Positions 46,148 through 55,888 of a stretch of 64,000 nucleotides of DNA are shown here, piece after piece. Below the pieces are notes generated by a model. The model did not search any database. It worked only from the letters and a program-made list of their open reading frames with translations, and was not told the origin of the DNA. Every line of letters starts with the position of its first letter. Position 1 is the first letter of the stretch. Where the stretch lies: IMG/VR virus record IMGVR_UViG_3300044911_003339, positions 32,001-96,000 of that record; one strand, given 5' to 3'. This stretch comes from a virus. Both the position numbers and the translations under genes were made by a program.

Positions 46148-47548
46148 ATGCCGATCTTCTCGCTGCGAAATCGAGTCCAGATCATCCGCGACATGGTGGC
46201 CCGCGTCGTCGCGCGGAGTCCTCTCGCGGGACTCACGCGCAACTCGGTCGTCTACCACGTCCTCGCAGCAGCGAGCGCAGAGGACGCGGAGCAGTACCTC
46301 CAGCTTGCGCGCCTGCGCGCGCTCTTCTCGATCGACACCGCGACGGGCTCCGACCTCGACGAGCGCGCAGCGGAGATCCAGCCCGCGGTCGTCGCGCGCC
46401 GAAGCGCACTCTACGCGTCGGGGGTCGTCACCTTCTCGCGCCCCGGCACGATCGGCGCGACTGCGGTCCCTGCGGGCTCCATCGTCGCGGCCACGGATGC
46501 ACGTGGGCAGATCCGATTCCGCACGACGGCCGCGGCGACGATCCTCGCGGGCAACACGACCGTCTCTGGCGTGCCCGTGATCGCCATGGAGGCCGGCTCT
46601 CGGGGGAACGTGGACGCGGGCCAGATCGTCCGCTTCGTCACGCGCATCCCTGGCGTCACGGGCGTGACGAATCCTGCCTCGTTCACGACGGGCCGCGATC
46701 GCGAGAGCGACGAGGAGTTCCGCGCGCGGTTGAAGGCGTACACGCAGTCGCTCTCGCGGGGGACGGTCACCGCGCTCACGGGCTACGCGCTGAACGTGCT
46801 GCTCACGACGGGACAGCGCGTGCTCTTCGCGAAGGTGTTCGAGCCTGCGATTCCGAACGGCACGGTGCGCCTCTACATCGACGACGGCACGGGCGCGGTC
46901 GAGAGCTACTCGTCAGCGTTCATCGGCACGCCCGACGTGTTCCTGCCCGCCGCAGTCGGCGGAGAGCGCGACGTGTTCACGACGCAGAAGCCGATCCGCG
47001 ACGATGGCTCGTTCGTCTTCCGCATCAACGCAGTCGTCCAGACCCGCAACGTCGATTACACGCTGAACGCGGCGACGGGGCAGATCACCCTCACGACGAC
47101 GAGCTACCCCACAGGGCTCGCGCCCGCGGATGCCTGCGAGGCGGAGTACCGATTCTACACGGGCCTCATCGCGGCCACGCAGCGAGTCATCGACGGCGAC
47201 CCGGCCTTCCCGACGCAGTTCCCCGGTGTGCGCGCGGCTGGCATCACGGTGTACGTGCTCCCGCCGCAGACGCTCCTTCAGAGCGTGACGGCGAACCTCT
47301 CGGTCGCCTCGGGCTTCGACGTGACGGTCGTGACGCAGCGCGTGCGCGACGCCATCCAGGATTACATCAACACGCTGAACATCGGCGACGACGTGATCGT
47401 CGCGGAACTGATCCAGCGCATCATGGACGTGGACGGGATGTTCGATGTGGACCTCCAGTCGCTCACAGGCTCGGCGCCTCCTGCGAATCAGGTCGTCGGA
47501 GCGACGCAGGTCGCTCGAATCTTCTCGGTCAACATCACTCTGACGTGA
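46148..47548 (+). CDS. Baseplate J-like wedge protein
   Basis: TATG.DLD.RA, A.G.VTF, AG..GNV..G.I, G.D.ESDEEFR.R, YIN.L.IG.DV. Confidence 0.88.
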   Translation: MPIFSLRNRVQIIRDMVARVVARSPLAGLTRNSVVYHVLAAASAEDAEQYLQLARLRALFSIDTATGSDLDERAAEIQPAVVARRSALYASGVVTFSRPGTIGATAVPAGSIVAATDARGQIRFRTTAAATILAGNTTVSGVPVIAMEAGSRGNVDAGQIVRFVTRIPGVTGVTNPASFTTGRDRESDEEFRARLKAYTQSLSRGTVTALTGYALNVLLTTGQRVLFAKVFEPAIPNGTVRLYIDDGTGAVESYSSAFIGTPDVFLPAAVGGERDVFTTQKPIRDDGSFVFRINAVVQTRNVDYTLNAATGQITLTTTSYPTGLAPADACEAEYRFYTGLIAATQRVIDGDPAFPTQFPGVRAAGITVYVLPPQTLLQSVTANLSVASGFDVTVVTQRVRDAIQDYINTLNIGDDVIVAELIQRIMDVDGMFDVDLQSLTGSAPPANQVVGATQVARIFSVNITLT

Positions 47549-47557
47549 GGCTCGCAC

Positions 47558-48904
47558 ATGGCAGCGAAGATCGTGATGGACGATGGTGGCGGGCCGGTTA
47601 CCGGCTCGATCGAGGTGCCCGCGAGCACGCTCGTCACGCTGTCCAACCTCAACGACACGGGCGTCGCCGCCTGGGCATGGACGCTGCGCGACAAGCCCGC
47701 GGGCTCGGCCGCAACGCTCTCGGCGTCGAACGTCGCCTCTCCAACGATCACGCCCGACATCGAGGGTGAGTACCTGATCGAACTGATCACGTACCGCGAC
47801 GCCGCGATGACGGTGTTCGACGGCTCTGACACTCAGGTCGTGGGAATCCGCTACGCAGGACCCTACGCGTGGCTCCTGCCTGCCGCGGGGCAGACGAACC
47901 AACGCGACTCCGGCAAGGGCTGGAAGGTCGAACTGAACGCGATTCTGACCCAGATCCGCTCGGCACTCGCCGCTGTGGTCTCGGGCATCAACCAACTCAC
48001 GGGAGACGCGACTGCGGGGCCGGGCTCGGGCTCTCAGGCGGTCACGGTGGTGCAGGCGCGAGGTCTGCGCGAGACCGGAGGACCGACAACGCTCACGATG
48101 GGCGCAGTCGCCGATGGTGAGTACCTCCTCCGTTCCGGCAACACGATCGTTGGCGGATCTGGCGGATCTGGCGGCGGTAGCACGGTGCTCTACGACATGC
48201 CGATCAGCGTCGGTTCCGTCGGTACCCCGTACTACTACCGATGGTCTGGCGACACGGGCACACCCGTGCCTACGTCGGTCGCCACGTCGATCGAAGCATG
48301 GGAGTGCTACCCCCGCTTCAACGCGCTTCGCTTGTCGGCCTCAGGACTCTCGTTGGGTGGGGTCGTCTGGCCAATCAACCATGGAATCGTGCTCCCGGAG
48401 CAGTATCTCCTGGAGGTGACTTTCTCGGGAATGGACTCGATGCTCGGCTCTAACAAGGCCGTTGTGTTTCCGTTCTGCGAGTTGTTCCTGGACGGAGCAA
48501 ACCGCACGGTGCGGGGCTTGTCGGTCGAGTTCTATCGGTACCAAGGTCAAGCCGAGCCGCGCCCGGTCGATGTCGCACTTGGCCCGTACTCCCGTGTGTC
48601 TGGCAGCACGCTCGGGCCCGTTCAGGGATACGGCTCCACACCAGATTTCCCAGCGGGGGAGAACGTTGTCACGTTCCTCGTACGGCGCAGGCTGCCCAAC
48701 TTGGGCACCACTGCGGAGTGGTCGATGCGGAGTCAGTACCTCGGCACTGATACCCCGATGACGAACTACTTCATTTCAGGAGAAGCGGATGCACATGCGC
48801 CGTTCGACGCCCAGGCTATGACAGAAATCGCCATTGGCGTCTTCGGTGGCTCTGGCGACATGGATGTGGACATCGCTCGGCTCCGCATTCTCTCGGTTCC
48901 GTGA
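47558..48904 (+). CDS. Tail fibre/receptor-binding protein with PKD-like N terminus
   Basis: W.WTL..KPAGS.A.L....F(I)TPD..G.Y.I.L; INQLTGD.TAG fibre motif; GGSGGSGGG linker followed by a divergent C-terminal domain. Confidence 0.7.
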   Translation: MAAKIVMDDGGGPVTGSIEVPASTLVTLSNLNDTGVAAWAWTLRDKPAGSAATLSASNVASPTITPDIEGEYLIELITYRDAAMTVFDGSDTQVVGIRYAGPYAWLLPAAGQTNQRDSGKGWKVELNAILTQIRSALAAVVSGINQLTGDATAGPGSGSQAVTVVQARGLRETGGPTTLTMGAVADGEYLLRSGNTIVGGSGGSGGGSTVLYDMPISVGSVGTPYYYRWSGDTGTPVPTSVATSIEAWECYPRFNALRLSASGLSLGGVVWPINHGIVLPEQYLLEVTFSGMDSMLGSNKAVVFPFCELFLDGANRTVRGLSVEFYRYQGQAEPRPVDVALGPYSRVSGSTLGPVQGYGSTPDFPAGENVVTFLVRRRLPNLGTTAEWSMRSQYLGTDTPMTNYFISGEADAHAPFDAQAMTEIAIGVFGGSGDMDVDIARLRILSVP

Positions 48905-48963
48905 TGTGTGGGCGAGGAATCAATGACAGCGAAGACCACCAACCTACTCGCTGAGAGGCCGAC

Positions 48964-49440
48964 GTGACTTGGGGACTCGGCACATTCGGAATCTCGCCGT
49001 GGGGCACGGGCATCACCGCGCCCCCTCCGGGGCTCGCTGCCGTGTCGAGTCCTCACGGTGCGGGTCCTCTCGGCGGCTCGCTGGTCGAGGTGCGCGGCGG
49101 CACCGTCATCACGATCGCAGGGACCGACTTCTTCTCTCCCGTGCTCATCGAGGTGTTGGAGGGCGCGGGTGCTCCCTTCAACGTAGTCGGCACGTGCTTC
49201 GTGTGGGATTACGAGTTCGACCTGAAGAACAACCTGATCTACGCAGGCACCCCAGCGCTTCCGGCCGGCCTCTACTCGCTGCGTGTCACGACCGACGGAG
49301 GCCCGAGTCCCGTGCTCCTCGATTGCCTGGAGTACGTGCCGTTCTCGGAGGAGATGAAGGTGCAGCGCGCTCGCCGCGGCTTCGCCCCGGTGTGGAAGAC
49401 GGGACCTCGCGTGCTCGTCACGAACGAGGACGGAGGCTGA
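48964..49440 (+). CDS. Baseplate-associated IPT/TIG-like protein
   Basis: WG.G.FG.SPWG N terminus; GGT.ITI.G..F, TPALP.G.Y...VT..GG. Confidence 0.6.
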   Translation: MTWGLGTFGISPWGTGITAPPPGLAAVSSPHGAGPLGGSLVEVRGGTVITIAGTDFFSPVLIEVLEGAGAPFNVVGTCFVWDYEFDLKNNLIYAGTPALPAGLYSLRVTTDGGPSPVLLDCLEYVPFSEEMKVQRARRGFAPVWKTGPRVLVTNEDGG

Positions 49441-49441
49441 C

Positions 49442-50428
49442 GTGGGACTACTTCAGGCGATTCTCGACGCCATCCAGGGCGAGGACGAGCGCATCGGCGG
49501 TCAGAAGCTCACGCGTCTGACCGCGACGCTCTCCGAGACCGAGGTCGCCACGATGAGCGTGGACACGACGTACGGCTTCGGGGAGTACGACGACGGCACG
49601 GGCAACGGTCGCGTGCTCGTGGGCGGAGAGGTCATCACGTTCACAGGTCGCACGCCGACGACCTTCACAGGGCTCACGCGCGGCGTCGGAGCCTCCCGCG
49701 TGAGGCAGCACGTTCCCACGTCGCTCGTCTACGATCTCTCGCAGAACACGAGCGCGATCGATCACGTGAGGCGCGGGCTGTTCGTCAACTTCGCCATCGG
49801 CGAAGACCTCGACGTGATCGCGCGGAATCTCGGGCTGCCGAAGTGCCCCGGTCTCTCGGAGGCGCAGTGGCGCGCCGTGATCAAGGCGACTGCCTACCTC
49901 GCGAAGCAGCCCCTCGACGCCTTCAGGCAAGCGCTGACGGCGCTGCTCGGCGCAGGCAACTTCTCGATCCGAGAGGGCATCACGGACCCGTGGAAGGTCT
50001 TCGTCTCGATCGCGATCGTGCTCGCCACGTCGCTGCGCGGTCGTTTCGTGTTGAACGGAGGCACGCTCGCGACGGCCGACGGTGCCGGTGCGACGGTGAC
50101 GGTGCCCTACGACGTGAATCACGTCATCGGCGTGTACCTCGACACGCCGCTCGCGCGTCGCGGTGAGCGCTCGGGCCTCACGAACTACTTCCTGCCCGGA
50201 GGCTCCTTCCTCGGGCCGGTCATCACGCTGGGCACGGCCACGGCACCGTCTGCGGCGGTCATCGTCGATTACGGCGCGCACGAAGCCCACTACCTCGCAC
50301 CGAACGAGACCACGCTCGACGACGCCGATTACTACGCCTATCTCGCGGACCCGCTCTTGACCGCTCGCTGCTTGGTGGATCACATCCGAGCAGCGGGCAT
50401 CAAGGTCGAAGTCACCGCGATGCTCTGA
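49442..50428 (+). CDS. Baseplate wedge protein (gpI/gp7-like)
   Basis: A.G.DLD.IA.N.GL.K..G.S...WR.VI; C-terminal ..IRAAGI.VEV. Confidence 0.65.
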   Translation: MGLLQAILDAIQGEDERIGGQKLTRLTATLSETEVATMSVDTTYGFGEYDDGTGNGRVLVGGEVITFTGRTPTTFTGLTRGVGASRVRQHVPTSLVYDLSQNTSAIDHVRRGLFVNFAIGEDLDVIARNLGLPKCPGLSEAQWRAVIKATAYLAKQPLDAFRQALTALLGAGNFSIREGITDPWKVFVSIAIVLATSLRGRFVLNGGTLATADGAGATVTVPYDVNHVIGVYLDTPLARRGERSGLTNYFLPGGSFLGPVITLGTATAPSAAVIVDYGAHEAHYLAPNETTLDDADYYAYLADPLLTARCLVDHIRAAGIKVEVTAML

Positions 50429-50437
50429 GGAGACGCC

Positions 50438-53080
50438 ATGAGAATCGTTCAGTGGACCGCGCAGGAGCGAGTCGATCAGCCCGACATCACGGCGATGTCG
50501 TTCCTCGTGCTCGGGGAGTTCCGTCGCCTTGCGCGTTCGGTGCTGCTCGGAGAGAGCGCGCTGAAGGTGATTCGAGGCTTCGCGGTCGAGGCCGCGGCCC
50601 CGCCCGACACGACGGTCATCGTGAAGCTCGACCCCGGAGGCGGAAATCCCCTGTCGGCGGCGCTCGGCGCAGAGGACACGGGCTTCACTGATCACGGCGC
50701 GCTCATCGGCGATCGCGACTCCAACGGCGCATCGAGCCTGGAGGGCAACGCGCAGCAGATCATCGACTTCACCGGACAGCCGGTCGGCGTCTACACGATC
50801 GAGATGACGTTCCAGTACGCCTCGGGTGCGAACGACAACCGCGCGTTCTGGAATCCTGGCACGAACACGGAGAGCATCGCCGCGACCGACACGCGCTTCC
50901 TCCCGACGTGGACCACGCAGATCGTCGCAGCCCCCACGGGAGGTGCGTGGATCCCTCTCGCCACGGTCAACTGGGGCGGCGGCGTCATCGTGAGCGGCGA
51001 CATCACGGACGCGCGCACGTTCGCGTTCGAGGGGACCCGACCATTCCGGCAGACGACGCAGACCGGCACGGGCGGCGTGCCGGACTTCTCGCGCTCGACC
51101 TCGCGAGGGTCCGTCACGGTCGAGCGCAACGGCGTCTACACCGCGCTCCGCGCGCTCGCGCGTCAGGTGCAGGACATCAAGGGGCCTGCGACCGATGGGC
51201 AGTGGGACTGGTTCTCCTACGTCGCGAAGCCCTTCGATCCGGGAGGCGTGCTCACGGCGGGGCTCACGAAGAATCTTCGCTCCATCGACACCGTGACCTA
51301 CACCGTCGGCGACGGCACGACGACGTTCGGCGACTTCAACGGCGCGACGGGCCTCAACGCGTGTCTTGCTCACCTCGACGCGATGGCCGCCGCGAACGTG
51401 CCCGAGCGTGTCGAGATCGTGCTCCACGGCGGAGTCACCTACACGCTGACGGGCTCGAAGAACATCGCGGGAGGTCTCGGCAATCCGCTCACGATCATCA
51501 TCCGCGCAGGGCAGACTCTCGCGCAGGCGAACACGGGCACGTACGGCAGGCCCCGCGTGGAGATCGACGGTGCGTCGCTCGCGGTCTCCTCGTACGCGCT
51601 CGCGGTTTCTGGCAGCGGGCTCGGCTCGCTCACGCTGCGCGACATCGACGTGACCTGGACGGGCACCACGGCGGGCGGGCGAGGCGCGTTTGCGACCACG
51701 GGCGCTCTCATCGTCGAGCGATGCAGTCTGCTCTCAGGCACGACGCCCGCCGTGGACGCGGGCTACACGCTCTCGTCGGCGAACGCGCGTCGCAGCGCTG
51801 TGAGGCACTCGACCATCGTGGGTCGTGTGCAGTTCTACGACGACGATGCCTCGGGCTCTCCTCCGGTCGAGGGTGAGTGCGGCGTGATCGAGCACTGCCG
51901 AATCGACTCCGCGCAGGTCGTGCTCCACGCAGACGCGGCCGGCGCTCCGGGCCGAGACATGGTGAACGGATTCGCGATCCGCAACACGTTCCTCCAGGGG
52001 CGCGGCACGGCGATCTACAACTCCTCGCTCGCGGTCATCGACGCGCGAAGCGCGCGCAAGCTGCGCGTCTCCGACTGCACCATCAACTACGGCACGAACG
52101 AGAACGCGATCGACGGGCGCACCTACAGCACCGTCACGCCGTTCGACTGGTGCATCGAGCGCTGCCGCTTCGACGACGGAGCGACGAACGGCGCAGCCCA
52201 CGCTTCCGGTGCTGGAGGCTCGGGCGCGGCTGGTACGGGCTGGGCGATCTCGGTCAGCGCGGGCGCGATGATCACGCTGCGGGGCAACCGCTACGCCGTG
52301 ACGAACTCGGTCGATGCCGGCTGCGTGCGGCTCTCCGACGTTCAGGGATTCGAGATCGACGGTGCTCAGCACCTCTTCTGCGGGCACGCCTCGGGCGGTG
52401 CGGACCAGTTCGACGGCTACCTGCTCACTGGCACGGGCAACGGCTGCTTCCTCGGCTCGATGCGCGGAATCAACTTCTCCGACTGGAGCACGGGCGTCAC
52501 GCGCGTGATCGCGATCAACCTCGACTTCGTGTCACGCCTCGACATCGAGGCGAGCGTGCTGCTCGGGCAGGAGACCGCGTTCGGCGCAGCCCTCGTGCCT
52601 GCTGCCGGCTTCGGCGCGATGCGCGTGGATCAGATCCAGGACGTGTCGGTGCGCGGCTGTCTGTTCGAGAAGTGGGCGAACGCGACTGCGAACTCTCGGA
52701 CGATCTTCTTCACGTCGAACCTTCAGTCGTTCACCGCGAGCGAGTGCAGCTTCCTCGACTGCGGCGGCTTCTCGGTCATCCGCTCCGCAGGCTCTCCGGT
52801 CGCCGTGACGCTGGACGACTGCAAGCACTACACGGGCGATGGCGCGAACGAGGATTTCGCGGACCTGCGCTCGTGCATCGCGCCTCGCGTGACGAACTGC
52901 AAGGGCACGGTCACGGCGGGCGGACCGAACACGTTCGTGTCGTTCAACACCGCCAACTTCCTCTTCATGGGGAATCAGTGCCCGAACGGCGACTTCAACA
53001 TGAACGGCGCAGCGGTCGCGGGCCGCGGCTTCAACGAAGCCGGGCAGGATCTCAACCTCGTCAACGCGTACACGCCCTGA
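50438..53080 (+). CDS. Tail fibre/tailspike with right-handed beta-helix (possible depolymerase)
   Basis: N-terminal baseplate-attachment region; C-terminal repeated I..C.F/V..C.I pectin-lyase-like coils. Confidence 0.7.
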   Translation: MRIVQWTAQERVDQPDITAMSFLVLGEFRRLARSVLLGESALKVIRGFAVEAAAPPDTTVIVKLDPGGGNPLSAALGAEDTGFTDHGALIGDRDSNGASSLEGNAQQIIDFTGQPVGVYTIEMTFQYASGANDNRAFWNPGTNTESIAATDTRFLPTWTTQIVAAPTGGAWIPLATVNWGGGVIVSGDITDARTFAFEGTRPFRQTTQTGTGGVPDFSRSTSRGSVTVERNGVYTALRALARQVQDIKGPATDGQWDWFSYVAKPFDPGGVLTAGLTKNLRSIDTVTYTVGDGTTTFGDFNGATGLNACLAHLDAMAAANVPERVEIVLHGGVTYTLTGSKNIAGGLGNPLTIIIRAGQTLAQANTGTYGRPRVEIDGASLAVSSYALAVSGSGLGSLTLRDIDVTWTGTTAGGRGAFATTGALIVERCSLLSGTTPAVDAGYTLSSANARRSAVRHSTIVGRVQFYDDDASGSPPVEGECGVIEHCRIDSAQVVLHADAAGAPGRDMVNGFAIRNTFLQGRGTAIYNSSLAVIDARSARKLRVSDCTINYGTNENAIDGRTYSTVTPFDWCIERCRFDDGATNGAAHASGAGGSGAAGTGWAISVSAGAMITLRGNRYAVTNSVDAGCVRLSDVQGFEIDGAQHLFCGHASGGADQFDGYLLTGTGNGCFLGSMRGINFSDWSTGVTRVIAINLDFVSRLDIEASVLLGQETAFGAALVPAAGFGAMRVDQIQDVSVRGCLFEKWANATANSRTIFFTSNLQSFTASECSFLDCGGFSVIRSAGSPVAVTLDDCKHYTGDGANEDFADLRSCIAPRVTNCKGTVTAGGPNTFVSFNTANFLFMGNQCPNGDFNMNGAAVAGRGFNEAGQDLNLVNAYTP

Positions 53081-53092
53081 GTGGAGGCCGTC

Positions 53093-53458
53093 ATGGGAAT
53101 CTGGTCTGAGTTGCTCTGGAACCCGATCATCGTCGTCATCGCGTTCGTCATCGGCACGCTCGGCGAGATCGCGAAGCGAGCCGTCAAGGCGAAGGCCGGC
53201 GACAAGGGGTGGCGAGGCGTCTACTACGTCACGCTCCCCGCGCATCCTGTGCTCGTCGGCGCGCTCGTGGGCCTGATCCCGTGGCTCCCGATCCCCGAGG
53301 CGCTCACGAAGGAGGGATTCGAGTTCGCGGGTCGCCTCGCGACGGGTCTCCTGGGAGGCATCCTCTGCAAGATCGGCTACGACATCCTCGTCTCGACCGC
53401 GAAGCGCATGCTCGGTCAGGGCGCGGCGCGCGAGAGCAATCCTCCCGACGGAAGGTGA
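53093..53458 (+). CDS. Three-TM holin-like protein
   Basis: SD GGAGG; three hydrophobic segments and a basic C terminus; after the tail module. Confidence 0.6.
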   Translation: MGIWSELLWNPIIVVIAFVIGTLGEIAKRAVKAKAGDKGWRGVYYVTLPAHPVLVGALVGLIPWLPIPEALTKEGFEFAGRLATGLLGGILCKIGYDILVSTAKRMLGQGAARESNPPDGR

Positions 53459-53461
53459 CCC

Positions 53462-53947
53462 ATGACGAAGCGCCCCTGGTATCGCGGATTCCTCTACATC
53501 GGCACGCTGCCGACTGATCTCGTCGGCTGGCTCTGCGTCGCCGTCGTGCGCGCTCTCTGGGGGCGTGACCTCGCGTGGCAGGACGGCGTGCTCTTCGTCC
53601 GGCTGAAGAAGGACACGTGGTTCGAGAAGCGCTTCTATCAGAAGTGGGGAGGCTCCACGATCGGCCACGCGATCATCATCAACGAGCGCTGGGACGGCGA
53701 GCGCATCGTGCTCCACGAGTTCGCGCACGTGGAGCAGAAGGAAGCCTACGGCCTGCTCGGCGTCGTCTGCGCGCTCGCGTGCGTGTGGTGGGCGTGGTGG
53801 ATCGCGCTCCTCTTCTGGTTCTTCATGCCGACGCTCTCGTACGTGCTCGGCGGCTGCGCGGCGGTGCTGCGCGGCGAGGACTGGTACCGCGGCAACCACA
53901 ACGAGGAGAGCGCTCGCGCGCACGCTCTCGCTGAGGGGCGCGAGTGA
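53462..53947 (+). CDS. Membrane protein with HExxH metallopeptidase motif
   Basis: TIGH.I, VLHEFAHVEQ, Y..N..E..AR; hydrophobic segments. Confidence 0.7.
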   Translation: MTKRPWYRGFLYIGTLPTDLVGWLCVAVVRALWGRDLAWQDGVLFVRLKKDTWFEKRFYQKWGGSTIGHAIIINERWDGERIVLHEFAHVEQKEAYGLLGVVCALACVWWAWWIALLFWFFMPTLSYVLGGCAAVLRGEDWYRGNHNEESARAHALAEGRE

Positions 53948-54303
53948 GCGACGGCCCCGTCAAGATTCCCGTCTCGTGGTTCGTGGCCGCCATCGGCCTC
54001 GGGCTGCTCGTGGTCGTGCTCTCGTTCTTCATCGGGCGAGGGTGCGAGCGTTCTCCACAGCCTGTGGATGAACTGGGGATCGATGCGGGGCCTGGAGAGG
54101 CCGAGATCGCGGCGAGGCTCGACGGGTCGCTTCAGGCGGCCGAGGTCGAGCTTCGTCGCATCGAGGAGCAGCACGCAGCCGACATCGCTGCGTTCGAGGC
54201 GCTCCAGCGCGAGAAGTACGAGGAGATGCGCGCCGAGGGGCCCGAGGCCCTCGCGCACTGGTTCTCCGACTTCAATCGGAGGCTGCGAGACGGAGGTCCG
54301 TGA
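53944..54303 (+). CDS. Spanin-like protein (N-terminal TM/possible lipobox, coiled coil)
   Basis: Hydrophobic helix ending FFIGRGC, then a charged helix. Confidence 0.55.
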   Translation: MSDGPVKIPVSWFVAAIGLGLLVVVLSFFIGRGCERSPQPVDELGIDAGPGEAEIAARLDGSLQAAEVELRRIEEQHAADIAAFEALQREKYEEMRAEGPEALAHWFSDFNRRLRDGGP

Positions 54304-54815
54304 TGATTCGTGCCTTGCAGGTTGCCGTCCTGTGTTGCGTGGCGGCGTTCACCCCCCTGTCGCATGCTCGGGCGCAGGACGGCAACCTGCAAGGCACGGG
54401 GCCCGCGCAGACGCCCCCAGGAAGCCCGGAGAGCACCGAGCCGCGTGGAGAGGTCGTCTTCCTCCCTGCGGGCCGGCCAGCCCCCTTCGCGGGCTTCCTC
54501 CTGGAAGGGCAGGATCTCGCGCGCTGGCGCTTCCACATCGAGACCCTGGAGTACCGGCTCGCGCGAGACGCCGAAGCCGCGGCTGCTCGGCTCGACGTGC
54601 TGCTCGGGATGGAGCGCGCCCGCACGAGCGCGGCCGAGGAGAGGCTCACGCTCCGCGACACGCTCTGGCAGCAGCGCGTCGAGCAGCTTGCTTCAGAGCT
54701 TCGGGAGGCGCGGCGTGCCGTCGAGCGCGGGTGGTGGGAGAGCCCCGCTCTCTGGTTCGCGATCGGCATGGTCGTCGCTGGCGGTGCTGTGATCGGAATC
54801 GCCGCCGCTCTCTGA
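54300..54815 (+). CDS. Spanin-like protein (signal peptide, coiled coil, C-terminal TM)
   Basis: Signal peptide ..ARA|QD; G.PAPF.G.LL; WW....WF.IG C-terminal TM. Confidence 0.55.
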   Translation: MMIRALQVAVLCCVAAFTPLSHARAQDGNLQGTGPAQTPPGSPESTEPRGEVVFLPAGRPAPFAGFLLEGQDLARWRFHIETLEYRLARDAEAAAARLDVLLGMERARTSAAEERLTLRDTLWQQRVEQLASELREARRAVERGWWESPALWFAIGMVVAGGAVIGIAAAL

Positions 54816-55754
54816 GCGTGCGCGGATGTTCGCCAGCTTGACGGCCTCGCCGAACGCGGTGAAGGCCGCTCGCTCTTCCTCGGTCAGCGGATCCGCCATG
54901 GGGTCAACGTTGATCAGAGAGAGCGCGTGAACGACGCTCGCGTAGGGAGTTGCGAACGGCGGGGGCATCGGCGGAGGACTCTTCATCACGGTCTTGAACA
55001 TCCCCGGTGCCCCAGGTACCGGCTCCAGTTCGCGATCGTCGGGAAGCCGGAGCTTCCCCGCGTACTGCCGTACGTACGGACCGACCGACTTGGCGGCGAT
55101 GGCCTGAGTCAAGAGTCGCGCTCGGTAATCGCTGTCCAACTCTCCTGCGTAGCGAAGCATGCCAAGCTCGGTGCCGATCTCATCCAGCAGCCCGGCAGCG
55201 TTCTCGGCGAGCAGGCGGCGCAGATCCTCTTCAGCTTGATCGGGTTCGAATCCCGCAGGCACGGCCTCGCCGCGTCGCTTCCGCATGAAGGCTGCGAACG
55301 CGGTAGCGCTCATGGAGGCCGAGTGCGCGCCTTCCTTCTTGCTGCTGTGAGGTCCCAGCAAGAAGCTGCGCGCTCTGGTGCGCACATGCGTAATCGCATT
55401 GGCGCGCGAGACGTGCCAATCCAGACCGCGCTCACCCTCCACGAGACCGGCGAGCAGCTTGCCGCCGCCCTCCCACGAGAACGCCGCGGTGTACGAGCGA
55501 GAGCGACCGAGGGTCAGCACGAGGAAGGCGAGGTCTTCCTCAGGGTCGCCGTCGAGGAGTTTCACGGCGTTGAACCCGCCGATTCCTCTGAGCGTGAGAG
55601 AATCCAAGATCGTGACTTCTTCTCCGAACTCGGTCGCAATCTTGTGGAGGTGCTCCGCGCGCGTCCAGATCGTGATCTCTTCGCTGTAAGAGATTACCCG
55701 CTGCCGGACGTAGTTGAGAACGATCTCCAGGGTCTCTCTGTAGCTCTTGCCCAT
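54693..55754 (-). CDS. Hypothetical protein, the only convincing minus-strand gene; contains a baseplate-wedge-like motif
   Basis: SD AAGGAGAG before ATG 55754; LLDEIG.ELG..R..GE.D.DYR.RLL; its 3' end overlaps the + gene by 123 nt. Confidence 0.7.
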   Translation of the reverse strand: MGKSYRETLEIVLNYVRQRVISYSEEITIWTRAEHLHKIATEFGEEVTILDSLTLRGIGGFNAVKLLDGDPEEDLAFLVLTLGRSRSYTAAFSWEGGGKLLAGLVEGERGLDWHVSRANAITHVRTRARSFLLGPHSSKKEGAHSASMSATAFAAFMRKRRGEAVPAGFEPDQAEEDLRRLLAENAAGLLDEIGTELGMLRYAGELDSDYRARLLTQAIAAKSVGPYVRQYAGKLRLPDDRELEPVPGAPGMFKTVMKSPPPMPPPFATPYASVVHALSLINVDPMADPLTEEERAAFTAFGEAVKLANIRARSESGGDSDHSTASDDHADREPESGALPPPALDGTPRLPKL

Positions 55755-55888
55755 GCTCTCTCCTTACCCGATTACGACCCGCTCCTCTCCGGCCGGACTC
55801 TGGTGCTGGGATCGCGCGGAGCGCACAATGGGTCGGGCGAAATCCGAAGCGAAGCGCGGACACACGCCCCCCATTAGCCGCTCCGCGG

